Assembly (NCBI RefSeq): GCF_902652985.1
Contig: NC_047016.1
Location: 10,726,001-10,790,000, forward strand
From: Pecten maximus
Taxonomy: Eukaryota
Direction of reading: 5' to 3'
Length of the DNA stretch: 64,000 bases
Shown: in pieces, positions 38,401 through 47,600 of the stretch
Numbering within the stretch: the stretch's first letter is position 1
Layout: each line of letters opens with the position of its first letter
Translations under genes and position numbers: made by a program
The notes under the pieces: model-generated
The model's database searches: none
Told to the model about the DNA's origin: nothing
What the model saw: only the letters and a program-made list of their open reading frames with translations

Positions 38401-39502
38401 ACTACAATATAACTTTATAACATATGTAGTTGAATTATTGTAGTTGATCACATGACTATATCCATGATGTCTGTTGTCAAATCACACCTTTTGTTTGAGG
38501 ATGAGTTTTAACATCAAGCGTACACTGTCCAGTGGCACATCCGGAAAAACTCTCTTTAGACATCGACATTCCCCTTTGTGTGAGGTCCAGTCCACTTTCT
38601 GTAACAAATTTTACATAACTGATAATTTATAGTGAGAACCACCCATATGTATGTATACTGTAAGTTCCGGATTTGGCATTCACATAACTTTTTGTAGATA
38701 ATTTATCAAGAATTTTCAGTAACCGTCAGATATTAAGATACACCATTTAATCTATTACCCAAATTATGATTGTTTTGAAACCTGGTCAGTGGCCTTCTAT
38801 ACAACCTGTATATAAAAAGTACATGTACATCATATGTTAAGTGTTTAGCACAGTAGGACCAGAAGAAACTTTGGTTAACATAAGGTACATGTATAAAGAA
38901 TGAACAGGTTAATCTGACCTGATTATACAGGTTTTGTTTTATACAAGCAGAGACCTACTAGTATATAGGTCTCTGATACAAGTAAAGCCAAAGACACGAT
39001 ATACAGTGTACCTTTTGTACATTTGTTATTTCAACACATATTATTTATTCAATAAAAACTAATTAAGTAGGTGATACTTACCTGGCAAGCTGAATTACAA
39101 TATCGTACCACCTTACACACGGTACACCTCTTCAGATCATCACCACTGTAAATATACATCATAGCGAAAGATGAGTTATGTCCCTTGGCATAACAATATC
39201 TTGATTTGAGAGAAAGCGTCTATTTTACGATGTATACAACCACATTGAAGCGGTAATTTATGTTTGCTGGATAGTTTTAATTTGAACAATTATAAACCAA
39301 GGTACGCTGAACATTGTCTACATAATGTATGGCGGTTTATAAAATGAAATGTAGGGCCTAAACATAAACATAGTGGCAGACTCGGTGTAGACTGAACGTA
39401 TTACCTTGTGAAACACGAGTCACATCTTTTGCCTGTCTCTTTATGTGATAAGACGTGTACAAACGGTTCTGACTCTAGAAGAATGTCGCCAGTTCTCTTC
39501 AT
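17431..39502 (-). CDS. SMYD3: SET and MYND domain lysine methyltransferase, SMYD3-like (13 coding exons, ~450 aa)
   Basis: Exons 39405-39502, 39082-39145, 38488-38598, 34793-34859, 34424-34551, 33985-34052, 31463-31571, 30085-30195, 21900-21966, 21064-21186, 20710-20884, 20373-20481, 17431-17553; all GT-AG and in frame (1353 nt). Motifs: GDILLESEPF; MYND finger CDSC..CTVC..YCNSACQKVDWTSHKGEC; FGKMVINSFTVCDGELQPVGVAIY; LLDHSCEPN; post-SET YYFSCQCARC; C-terminal HVGIELMKVGKIQL..ILSITHGRSHSL. Confidence 0.92.
17741..20402. repeat. 39-bp minisatellite (~68 units) derived from the 3' end of SMYD3 exon 12 plus its 5' splice site
   Basis: Minus-strand unit TGTCAGCAGACCTTGATAACTCTACAACAG|GTACGTAGG. 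The first unit is the real exon end. Units degenerate towards 17741. Confidence 0.97.
22180..22900 (+). mobile_element. Degraded 3' fragment of a non-LTR retrotransposon ORF2 (zf-RVT-type C-terminal zinc knuckle)
   Basis: ORF 22399-22698 contains CSFCSGAPETICHLLWNCPHSQSLW, the CxxC..ET..HL...C....W signature of L1/Tx1-type ORF2 C-termini. The flanks are frameshifted, and boundaries are approximate. Confidence 0.7.
23310..24110. repeat. Compound tandem repeat: ~119-bp duplication then ~41-48-bp units (SMYD3 intron 8)
   Basis: ATAAATATGATAACATTGGGG occurs at 23331 and 23450. TAATTATAGCTATAATATCCTAGAGGTATTCCACTTGTATGCTACA repeats across 23600-24110. Confidence 0.9.
27272..29521 (+). CDS. Tripartite-motif NHL-repeat protein (RING, two B-boxes, coiled coil, NHL propeller; TRIM2/3/71-like putative E3 ligase), single coding exon, 749 aa
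   Basis: C3HC4 RING CAIC..LPCLHSFCESC..CPTCR; B-box1 CDMC..FCVDCCKYFCIHC..H..H; B-box2 CQHH..FFCENCKYGICVKC..DHGEH; coiled coil; Ser-rich linker; NHL repeats such as FGGYGTAGGQLRYPKGIACDKNGLVYVADSGNDRVVVF. AATAAA follows just after the stop. Confidence 0.95.
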   Translation: MASRCPSDLTRCAICLGDQTSPRALPCLHSFCESCLEKHVQTSHISNGHNSLTLRSHQSHKSFPCPTCRKSTTMPTNGVQGFPKDFRITEFKEVWRSSNERKGGTTPTCDMCGEKVPLKTAESFCVDCCKYFCIHCGSRHNQNSVLRSHIMVPITKDLTVNSSKTTCCQHHKMEEIKFFCENCKYGICVKCLLGDHGEHIVTDMTVTLNSKRNELKHCIKHIHDQIWILQDILFNLTCLEGRIKGKYEETKLQMKKSSRKLVNKIFGAEVKLLCELDEAYQRQSDDVYRRKQQCKTHLEQFKSLQSRLDGILKVEDIDNVLENYTDILSEVHEINITKQYKSKFLKSPESLEFVPNGSVSIGKLSLVPNDMQGRQRASSRHRLITRSTSGQVKQQTGKSSSGPGITPRVASSTSHGHQFGRSRNPLHKSQPILFDQRSEDSNSPDLPPVTNTYDPQRYCDEASSNSECVPAVKLVYKVNTSGAGRGQLSLPFSATFDKEGRLLVAENGNGRLQMFGNYGHTVKIIGLPSCVPRCVTTTADGKAYALTDEESKCVKLVSEDGILMKEIYIAGDAFPFGITTLDDDQFAISDIIYECVSIISANGEKDIRFGSHGNTSAKLENPSYLTTNLYGNILVSDSGHHEVKVFDRLGNYLYKFGGYGTAGGQLRYPKGIACDKNGLVYVADSGNDRVVVFSEVGLYCGMLLGRVNGIKRPTGLAYSPKGLMAITMPDDDEVSVYELTSSIPRSFTQ
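30398..31350. repeat. 37-bp minisatellite (~25 units) in SMYD3 intron 7
   Basis: Unit AATATCCCTAACACACTGACTGGGAGGGTTATAAATC. Confidence 0.97.
32570..33336. mobile_element. MITE/foldback element with TA target duplication, interrupted by a SINE
   Basis: TIRs TA|CACAGGCAAAATGTCTTGAGGTCAATT ... AATTGACATGAAGACATTTTGCCTGTG|TA, with internal TTGACCTGA/TCAGGTCAA subrepeats. Confidence 0.8.
32668..33165 (-). mobile_element. tRNA-related SINE, 5'-truncated copy
   Basis: Highly similar to 49756-50272. It has an (AAACC)n 3' tail, a B-box-like GGTTCAGTCCC, and a near-perfect TSD TCAAATTCA(A/G)GTT. Confidence 0.85.
33473..33710 (-). repeat. Three tandem 84-bp units, each with a degenerate hammerhead ribozyme core (Penelope-like relic)
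   Basis: Units start at 33473, 33557 and 33641. The third unit on the minus strand reads ATTTGT-CTGATGA-AGGTG..CAC-GAAAT-TGTC..ACAAAT. It shares TTCATCAGAC(A/T)AATGACCA with the 7.4-kb relic. Confidence 0.6.
35241..38379. mobile_element. Non-autonomous DNA transposon (~3.1 kb), TA TSD and CAGTTG termini (Tc1/mariner-type), in SMYD3 intron 3
   Basis: ~70-bp TIRs: TA|CAGTTGAGTGTATGCTAACCTTTACACCTAGTGCACTAC... and ...GTGCACTAGGGTGTAAAGGTTAGCTTACACTCAACTG|TA. No transposase ORF. Confidence 0.8.
37422..38153. mobile_element. Mutator-like/foldback non-autonomous element with 9-bp TSD, nested in the 35241-38379 element
   Basis: TSD GTCAGGATG at 37413-37421 and 38154-38162; GAG...CTC termini; subterminal GGACAAAAGCCCC arrays in inverted orientation at both ends. 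Confidence 0.85.
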
Positions 39503-40976
39503 TTCGTCTCCAGATAATATTATAAAACACACGTGTTACTCGTATCTAATACGAAAGTAGACGGAAGTTGAAAATGTAGTACTAATTTAAGCCCGTGTCT
39601 CTCATAACCACTATGAACCGATTTTTAAAAAAATATTGACAGATTTAGGAGTGCACGTGGTAAGTGGTTATCATCGCTACACATGAACATGCATGGTTTA
39701 TTTAGAATGAAGTAGTAGCAAACGTTTCATTCCAACATATAATATCAGGCATACACTGTATGTGTTTAGCATATTAAGCCATAATCTATCTTTGACTATA
39801 CTACATTGTAGTCTAACGAGTGTAATGTTGTGGAACAGCATTGTATTTTACGTACGGTTCTGAGGATTCCGGGTAGTTATCCTCCGGAAGGCCTCGTGCC
39901 TTTATATTACCTATGTTTTAGCCCTCAGTTATCGGTTAGACCTCGGAGCAATACAGACGTTGATTCCTGTCGTTGCTGTTCTGTCTGACAACATCGTCAT
40001 ACAGATATGATAACTCATTCCTGACATGTTACACCACTCAATTCCACAACAGTATCACTGTAGAAATAGAAATAAGACATTCCTCCGCCTATTCATAATT
40101 GGTAGATCTATACATTCCGTCAGAAATGACGATAACATTGTCTTGGTCTGTTGGAGAAATTGCATGGGCGTGAAAAGAGTTATTTACAGTGATTTATTAA
40201 ATTATTATTTTTTAAGTGCAGAAAGATTAAGGGGTAAAAAATGTACGATTATAATTAGTGTGTGAGGACTTCAAAGGATACATGTACTGTACGTATACGT
40301 AGGGGGTGTATGTGCCTTGAAGTCATCAAGTGTAGTGCATTGTACTGCTGCTACAGGAAGGTTCCTCTCCTGTGTTGATGTGTTTGGGAAAATGCGTATT
40401 TGTATGTGTCCTTCGTAGCAGAGATACAAATGTACATTTATGAAATGTATAATCAAACGGCTACTATTGAAACTATTGAAACGTCATAAGAAAATCATCA
40501 GACAATCATACTGGAGAGAAGACATAATTGTACCAAAACCCAATAAAAGTGAATGTAGTACTATGATGAAGTTCTGGATAATGCATTACACACAAAAAGA
40601 CAGATTTCAATGGTGTAACATCGCTAAAAGTAAACGGCGAACTAGTGACTCCTGGGACTGGAAAGTAATACACAGTTTTCAAATATACAAGAAAGGTTAT
40701 AAATATAACGCTGAAAATATCATCTCATCTCCTTAACCTGTATCACAGAAAATAATGGAACACATAGCTATCAATTACACCATGTCACACGCAGATCTTG
40801 CGAACTTTTAGAGGGAATGTTAACACACGGATAAACTACAGTATTTTAAAGGGATAGAATACAATCTGTTGTCTGGGAGGGGAAAATTTAAGTCGGAGTA
40901 TGTCAAAAGTGGAGTCAGATGTCCCACAGGACACCTCTAGCTTCAGTTTAGCTCTTGGTTTGCACAGTCTTCAGAC

Positions 40977-41090
40977 TAGCCCGAGTTTTCTCTGGCCCTG
41001 TCACCATGTCTAGCCCGAGTTTTCTATGGTGACAGGGCCAGAGAAAACTCGGGCTAGACATGGTGACAGGGCCAGAGAAAACTCGGGCTA
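40977..41090. mobile_element. 114-bp palindromic MITE with TAG...CTA termini and 9-bp TSD (Academ/AcademH-like)
   Basis: TSD TCTTCAGAC at 40968-40976 and 41091-41099. The element consists of a 34-bp unit TAGCCCGAGTTTTCTCTGGCCCTGTCACCATGTC in direct and inverted copies. Confidence 0.75.
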
Positions 41091-41592
41091 TCTTCAGACC
41101 AGACGTATGGCTGTACACGGTATACACAATTACACACACCATCAGTCTCAGTCCACCAAACCTCACGACAGAGCATATTCTCTCCAGCATACTCCATACT
41201 CCAGAACTAAATGTACCTGTAGACAACAATCCTTCTTCCTCCTTTTTTTTCAGCCACTCCCAATTCATTCCTTCGCTGATTTCTTACATAATCTTCAACT
41301 TGTTGAATGATGAAGTATAGGTCAGTATATTGGTATTGGTGGTGTATGTTTATAAAACATTTAAGATAAACTCACACCAGTCACATGTAAATTTTATGTA
41401 GGATGTTTCGAAATCCTACTTTGATAGCTTTTATTCATGGAATGTTCGGAATGTTAATGCATATTTCCACATACTGATATTGAATTTCAGATTTTCATCG
41501 GAAGTTTGTATAATTTGAGGAAAATAAAGGTGTTTTGAGGAAAAATTAAGGTGTTTGATATTGCTGTTGTATTGTTTATAACATATATAAAA

Positions 41593-41914
41593 TGTAATAG
41601 GAGAGGGCGGGTTCGAACCTGGACCTCTGAACACTAGTCGGATGTTTTTTTTAACAGATCAAGTCGTTGAAATTGTAATTGCTCCCTGGTCGCCGGAGTT
41701 CATCCCAGTCCAGTTGGGCTACATTCCTCCCTCCTTCAACAAAATCTTCGACCCCTAAGACACACATGAGTCCTTTTACCACCTCCGTGGGTATTTATTT
41801 GGGCGCCACATGTAATAGGAGACGGGGAAATGCATGGCAAGACCGGGGTTCGAACCCGGGACCAATATTGAGCTACCTGGTTGCCGGCGTTCATCCTAAT
41901 CCAGTTCCGCTACA
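41593..41914 (-). mobile_element. TRIM-type miniature LTR retrotransposon with tRNA-like terminal repeats
   Basis: Minus strand: LTR 41914-41811 (TGTAGC...TTACA), PBS TGGCGCCCAA, short interior, PPT GAAGGAGGGAGGAA, LTR 41723-41593 (TGTAGC...TTACA). Both LTRs carry the B-box GGTTCGAACC. Confidence 0.75.
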
Positions 41915-43928
41915 AAAGGAAGGTTCAGAATATCGATCATGAGCACAATAACAGTTCACCATAGCATAAAAACACAACAAAGATCTCCACACAGTGTAAA
42001 CACATCCACCACTAGGCTAACAGACGTATTATGTTAATTAAATTCTTGCTTCAAATTCCAAAACAGTCACGCCGGTGATTTAACATTGGTAGATTTTTTT
42101 TCAATACTGGTCTTTGTTTTTGTTTCATATGGGGAAATCCGTTTCGAGGCGATATAACTATAGTTAACTTATGATATGGTCATTATTTATTGTTTTTAGA
42201 TAATGGCCTACATATACATTGTATATACACGTAGATATGCTTGTGGTTAATCATTATACGTCAAAGTCTGCCGTATTAGCTTTCGGCCGATGGCCATATA
42301 TACGGCTGACCTGGCCAAAAAGTGAATCTTTACTGCTGGAGTACCACAACTAACTCTGTTGTACAACTTGTACTGCTGTATCAGTGTATACCTTGTATGT
42401 ACACGTACACACGTCCTGTGTAATATACAATAAGGTGTTTATCCTTTTAAACCAGTCATTCCATCTACCCGACACCTACCCTTTTCCTATCACTAATAAT
42501 TAATCATCGGATAGTGTTGTTTTCTTTGTAATTTTTGAAAACTATTTAAAGAAAATGACTGTTTGACATAGTACGTGTACAACGGAGAATGTTCGTACGT
42601 TACGAAATTTGATCAGATGACGTGGCAGGCGTGTGTATCTTGTTATCATGCATGTTTGTATATATTTTATCTATATAAGGTCACTGTTAACGTAACACAT
42701 TTAATAGGGACACCGACCTGGTGTAGTGGTGTAAGCTGCAGGTATTTCAGACACTCAACGATTTATCTAATATGTTTTTTTTATTCGAGTTAATTCCTTA
42801 GTTGTCCCCCTTGACTTTTCTGATCAAGATTAACGTGTGTGTGTGTGTGTTAAGTCTGAGTTACCCCCCTTTGACTATTAACATGAGTACCACGGTGATA
42901 AAGTCCACGGGTAACGCCGAGATACGTTAACATATGAGTTACAAATGTAGACATGGTCTAACCACAGTATTCGGCCAGCTTTGACACTACAAGTGGATCA
43001 ATTCAACAGACGGGTGAGGACAATAATGTTATGCTCTTTGTTTGACCACTGGTCAAATCAGATGGTACATGTAGCCTATATATCAGTCATGACCTATATT
43101 TAGACACGAACGGCTGTAGGCCTAATACCACAACCTCCTAGGTTCATAGTCTGTAAAAGAATCCGCGATCTTGTTTGACTGACTTAAAGATTATTTACTC
43201 ATTATTACATACTATGGAAATCATTGTCAAGTTCAAGTTCATTTATTTCTTTGAGTCTTACGACTCATCAGTGTAAATATACAAGTCAATTTAAATGAGT
43301 GTTTTTGTTTGTTCTGCTTGCGCTAGCTTTTGGTCACAGGTGCCCGGTTTCTAATAATCCATCTTTAATATATATAGATTATAGTAGTAGAGTGGAATAT
43401 ATATATATATATATATACTGTATATATATATATTAGACCATAGATGGTTTGGCGTCCTAAATATTGATAGGTCAGCGATAAGAGCACAGACTTGCTCAAG
43501 TCCTTTTTATCAACAACTAGGCAAATACTGTAGATTAGAGATTAATATACTCCGAGGAAAGAAATATGTTAATCAGTCAAATGATAAAGTAGTATAACCG
43601 TGTTGTATTTCGAAGATTGCAACACTTAAGGAAGTCACAGTGGCCATTACTTGTGTCCCCTGTCAAAAACAAGAAATGTTTGCATTTTTAATTAATTTAT
43701 GATACCAATCATATAAACCTAGATATATGCCATTAAATTTACATATCGTGTAAGGAATAGACATCTTCTATGCAGTCTTCATCAACTTGCATCGTTAGAA
43801 AACCATGTGTTGTAATCGGTACCGAAGGTCTGTGATTTGGAAATTATAATGGTATAGATCGAAAAAAAGAAAATTCACAAATTATGAAAACGAGTTACTT
43901 GTGTTTATCATATAGCGAATCGATAAAT

Positions 43929-44334
43929 CAGGGTTAGCACGGGTCTTGAGAAAGCCTTGAATTTCACCTTGGGCCTTGAAAAGCCTTCAGTTTCCTTCTG
44001 GGCTTTGAAAAGCCTCGAAAATTGGTCTACAGCCTTGAAAAATCCTAGAATATTAAGGTTTTATCAGGATAAGTGAAACCTGGCCAATGATCATTTGGAT
44101 TCAAATTGTGCCACCTCCCCTACAGACATTATTGTTTTAATAAATGTTTGATAAGAATAATTTCCAAGTCAAGTTGTGTTTTGATCGTGTGGACAGTTAT
44201 AAGTTGCTTTTTATTTGTTCTCTTGTTCCCTCTCGATCTTACTTAGATGACGGGTAAAATGGGCCTTGGATATATAATTAAGACCTTGAAAAGGCCTTTA
44301 ATTTGATTTGTCACAATAATCCGTATGAACCCTG
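43929..44334. mobile_element. MITE with CAGGGTT termini and 5-bp TSD upstream of FMO copy 1
   Basis: TIRs CAGGGTTAGCACGG / CCGTATGAACCCTG, TSD TAAAT, internal CCTTGAA repeats. The homologous site in copy 2 (~55797-55802) is empty. Confidence 0.85.
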
Positions 44335-44655
44335 TAAATGAGCTTCCTTCTTACGGCCGTATAACTAACAATAAGCGGACAATACTTCAGATTCACGAGA
44401 GCGTATCAGGAGATCAGGAATAGGGAACATGTTGTTCCTATTTGTGCATACCAATACGCATTTGGCGATTTGCCACGAAGCTGTATGATTGTGTAATAGG
44501 CATATAATGTGTTTTTTCCCCAGCAAACTCTTCACTTTGTTTTAATATAATGTGTCAAATTGTACTGTGTATAACACAAACTACATTCAGATCACTGTAT
44601 ATGCCTACATGTATTTTCAGAATAATAACTACAGATCCTTGGCAGACTTGTGACG

Positions 44656-47600
44656 ATGAAGGAGGTGGCGATTATAGGAGCTGGGGCCAGTGGCCTTACT
44701 GCCATAAAGTGTTGTCTAGACGAGGGACTGGTACCCACATGTTTCGAGAGGACGGACGACATAGGTTCGAAATTACACCCACACATCATTATTTTCACTG
44801 CATATTTACTCATGATACATTTGACAAATGGAAATGCTTGCTCTGAAATCGGAATTCCGCATATATTTTTACATGCCATTCCAAGGACGTGGGGCCTTTT
44901 CCGGAAGTATGCTAAGTTGATTTGGTGTTGTAGTGTTAACTGTTAACGGTCGGATCTGTCTGAACGAACTGTACTGTTCAGTACTGTATCCAGGGAGCAA
45001 TATTATCCTGTGCTTCATCATATTATTTATAAGATCTTCTATGTATGAAGCATTATGGTATATGTTAGACAATGGACAAGGTATTATATTGTATAATTTA
45101 TATATCATACATCTGATGTGGTAAATTATACCTTGATTAATAATAAGCCATTTACACTGCATATTATGTAATATATAATGCATTTTGATTAAATGTGGAA
45201 CGACACAGCACCCTGACGATTTAGGTTATTAAATGTTAATACCCATGTGTCCCATTATACTTGTAGGTGGACTGTGGAATTATACGGAGGAGGTGAGAGA
45301 CGAGCAGGCATGCGTGATGAAGTCGACGATAATTAACACGAGTAAGGAGATGATGTGTTATAGTGACTTCCCTATTCCTGAACAGTTCCCTATGTACATG
45401 CACAACAAGTACGTCAAACGCTACTTCAAAATGTATGCAGATAACTTCAAACTGGTCGAACACATACAGTTTAACACAGAGGTAAGGCCTATTGTCATGA
45501 AGTTACATATAAAGGGAAATAACTCTCCAGAAGGGCAAACCGAACATTTCTATATCAAAGTAACATTTAAGATAGACCGAGCATGTCATTTCGTGTCATT
45601 TATATCACAAGAATCAGTAGACTTTATTCTATAATACGATCTTCGTTCCTCTGAAGGTTTTGTCTGTGAAACAAGCCGAAGATTTCGACATGAACGGACA
45701 ATGGGTGATCTCCACTCGCGACAAAAAGACGAAGAACGAAGTCACGAAGACCTTCGACGCGGTGCTGGTTTGCACTGGTCATCATGCTTGTCCAAACAAA
45801 CCAGATTTTCCTGGGCTTTCTAAATTTAAAGGCAAGGTCATCCATTCACATGACTACAAGACCCCAAACGAATACCATGATAAAAGAGTGGTCATCATAG
45901 GAATCGGAAATTCCGGTGGCGACGCAGCTGTTGAACTAAGTCACGTGACATCTCAAGTAAGCTAATGTGTTGTGAAATAGAAAATATCAGACTACTGTTA
46001 ATTCATTTTCATGGTACGATTCAGGTGAGAAATAAGAGGATGTAAAATACTTGGTTGGAATAACAGTTAGGAACCGAACTAACCCGTATACCAATAACCC
46101 GAACATAACATATACCAATAACCTGAATATAACATATACCAATAACCCGAACATAACATATACCAATAACCTGAATATAACATATACCAATAACCTGAAT
46201 ATAACATATATTAATAATACGACCATAACATATACCAATAACCCGAACATAACATATACCAATAACCCGAACATAACATATACCAATAACCTGAATATAA
46301 CATATACCAATAACCTGAATATAACATATACCAATAACCCGAACATAACATATACCAATAACCTGAATATAACATATACCAATAACCTGAATATAACATA
46401 TACCAATAATACGAACATAACATATACCAATAACCCGAACATAACATATACCAATAACCCGAACATAACATTTGTTAATAAACCCGAACTTAATATGTCA
46501 ATAACACGAGCATAACATCTGTTAATAAACCCGAACTTAATATGTCAATAACACGAGCATAACATTTGTTAATAGCCGAACATAACATGTCATAACCCGA
46601 ACATAACATATGTCGTCAACATCACGAACATAACATATGTTAACAACCCGAACATAACTTATGTTAACAACCCGAACATAACATGTCAATAACCCGAACG
46701 TAACATATGTCAACATCCCGAACATAACATGTCAATAACCCATGTAGTCATCGTGAAAAGTATTAGCCCTCTGTATCAAACATTTAGGCGCTCCATATGG
46801 AATCAGGGGTCGTTACTCCAATATATTTAATGATGTACATATACCTGCTATACCTTTCTGAGGTTCCTTTGTAGAGAGAGGATTGTCGTGTCTTCTGTCG
46901 TCACCAGAATTGTTGTCCTCAATTTGAATGTTTTTGTTCCTTCTTTCATATCTACTGTTGTTTGTGATTCACTAGACACCAGTCTTCCTTTGAGCGTGAC
47001 TACTTCTAGGACATTAAATCATAATAAAGTCGAATCATATTCAGTTCTTAATTAAAAGCTAGTGATATGACATTCTGAATAGTATACCTGTTGTTGAAAA
47101 TTCAAAGCTCTGAAAGAACATCATATTGAAGGCTGAAAACACTAAATGAATACGTGTAAAATTACATTGCTGTTTATTCAACAATTGAATCATCTTTTAA
47201 AAAACAGATTAAAAATATCTGTTAAAGTTTGTAAAGAGGTAATTAAACAAGGAAAGTAGTTGTGAGGTTATCGATAATTTGTGTACACCTTGTTGTAAGT
47301 TGTGGCATACCACATAAATAATGGATATTGCAGAAACTATACTTCTACTTCATATTCAGTTATTCTAGACGAGATATTTTCAGCCTCATGTTTACCTAAG
47401 TTCCCAAAGCACATATTTTTAAACCGTGCAATTTAACTTAGTACATATGATTCGTTAAACACTACTGGATTTTTTCTGGGTTTTTTTGTCGGATTTCAAA
47501 TGTATACCTGTCTTGGTAATAACCTGAGGTGGAGATGCTCCGACATCCGCAAGCTCTAGCTCAAGTTATAATTCTGTCTTTTACAGGTATTTCTGAGCAC

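Noticed and set aside
45987-46725. Repetitive ORFs (ITYTNNPN)n and antisense versions; similar ORFs at 57537-57887
   Set aside because: They are intronic minisatellites within FMO intron 3, and the FMO frame is complete without them.
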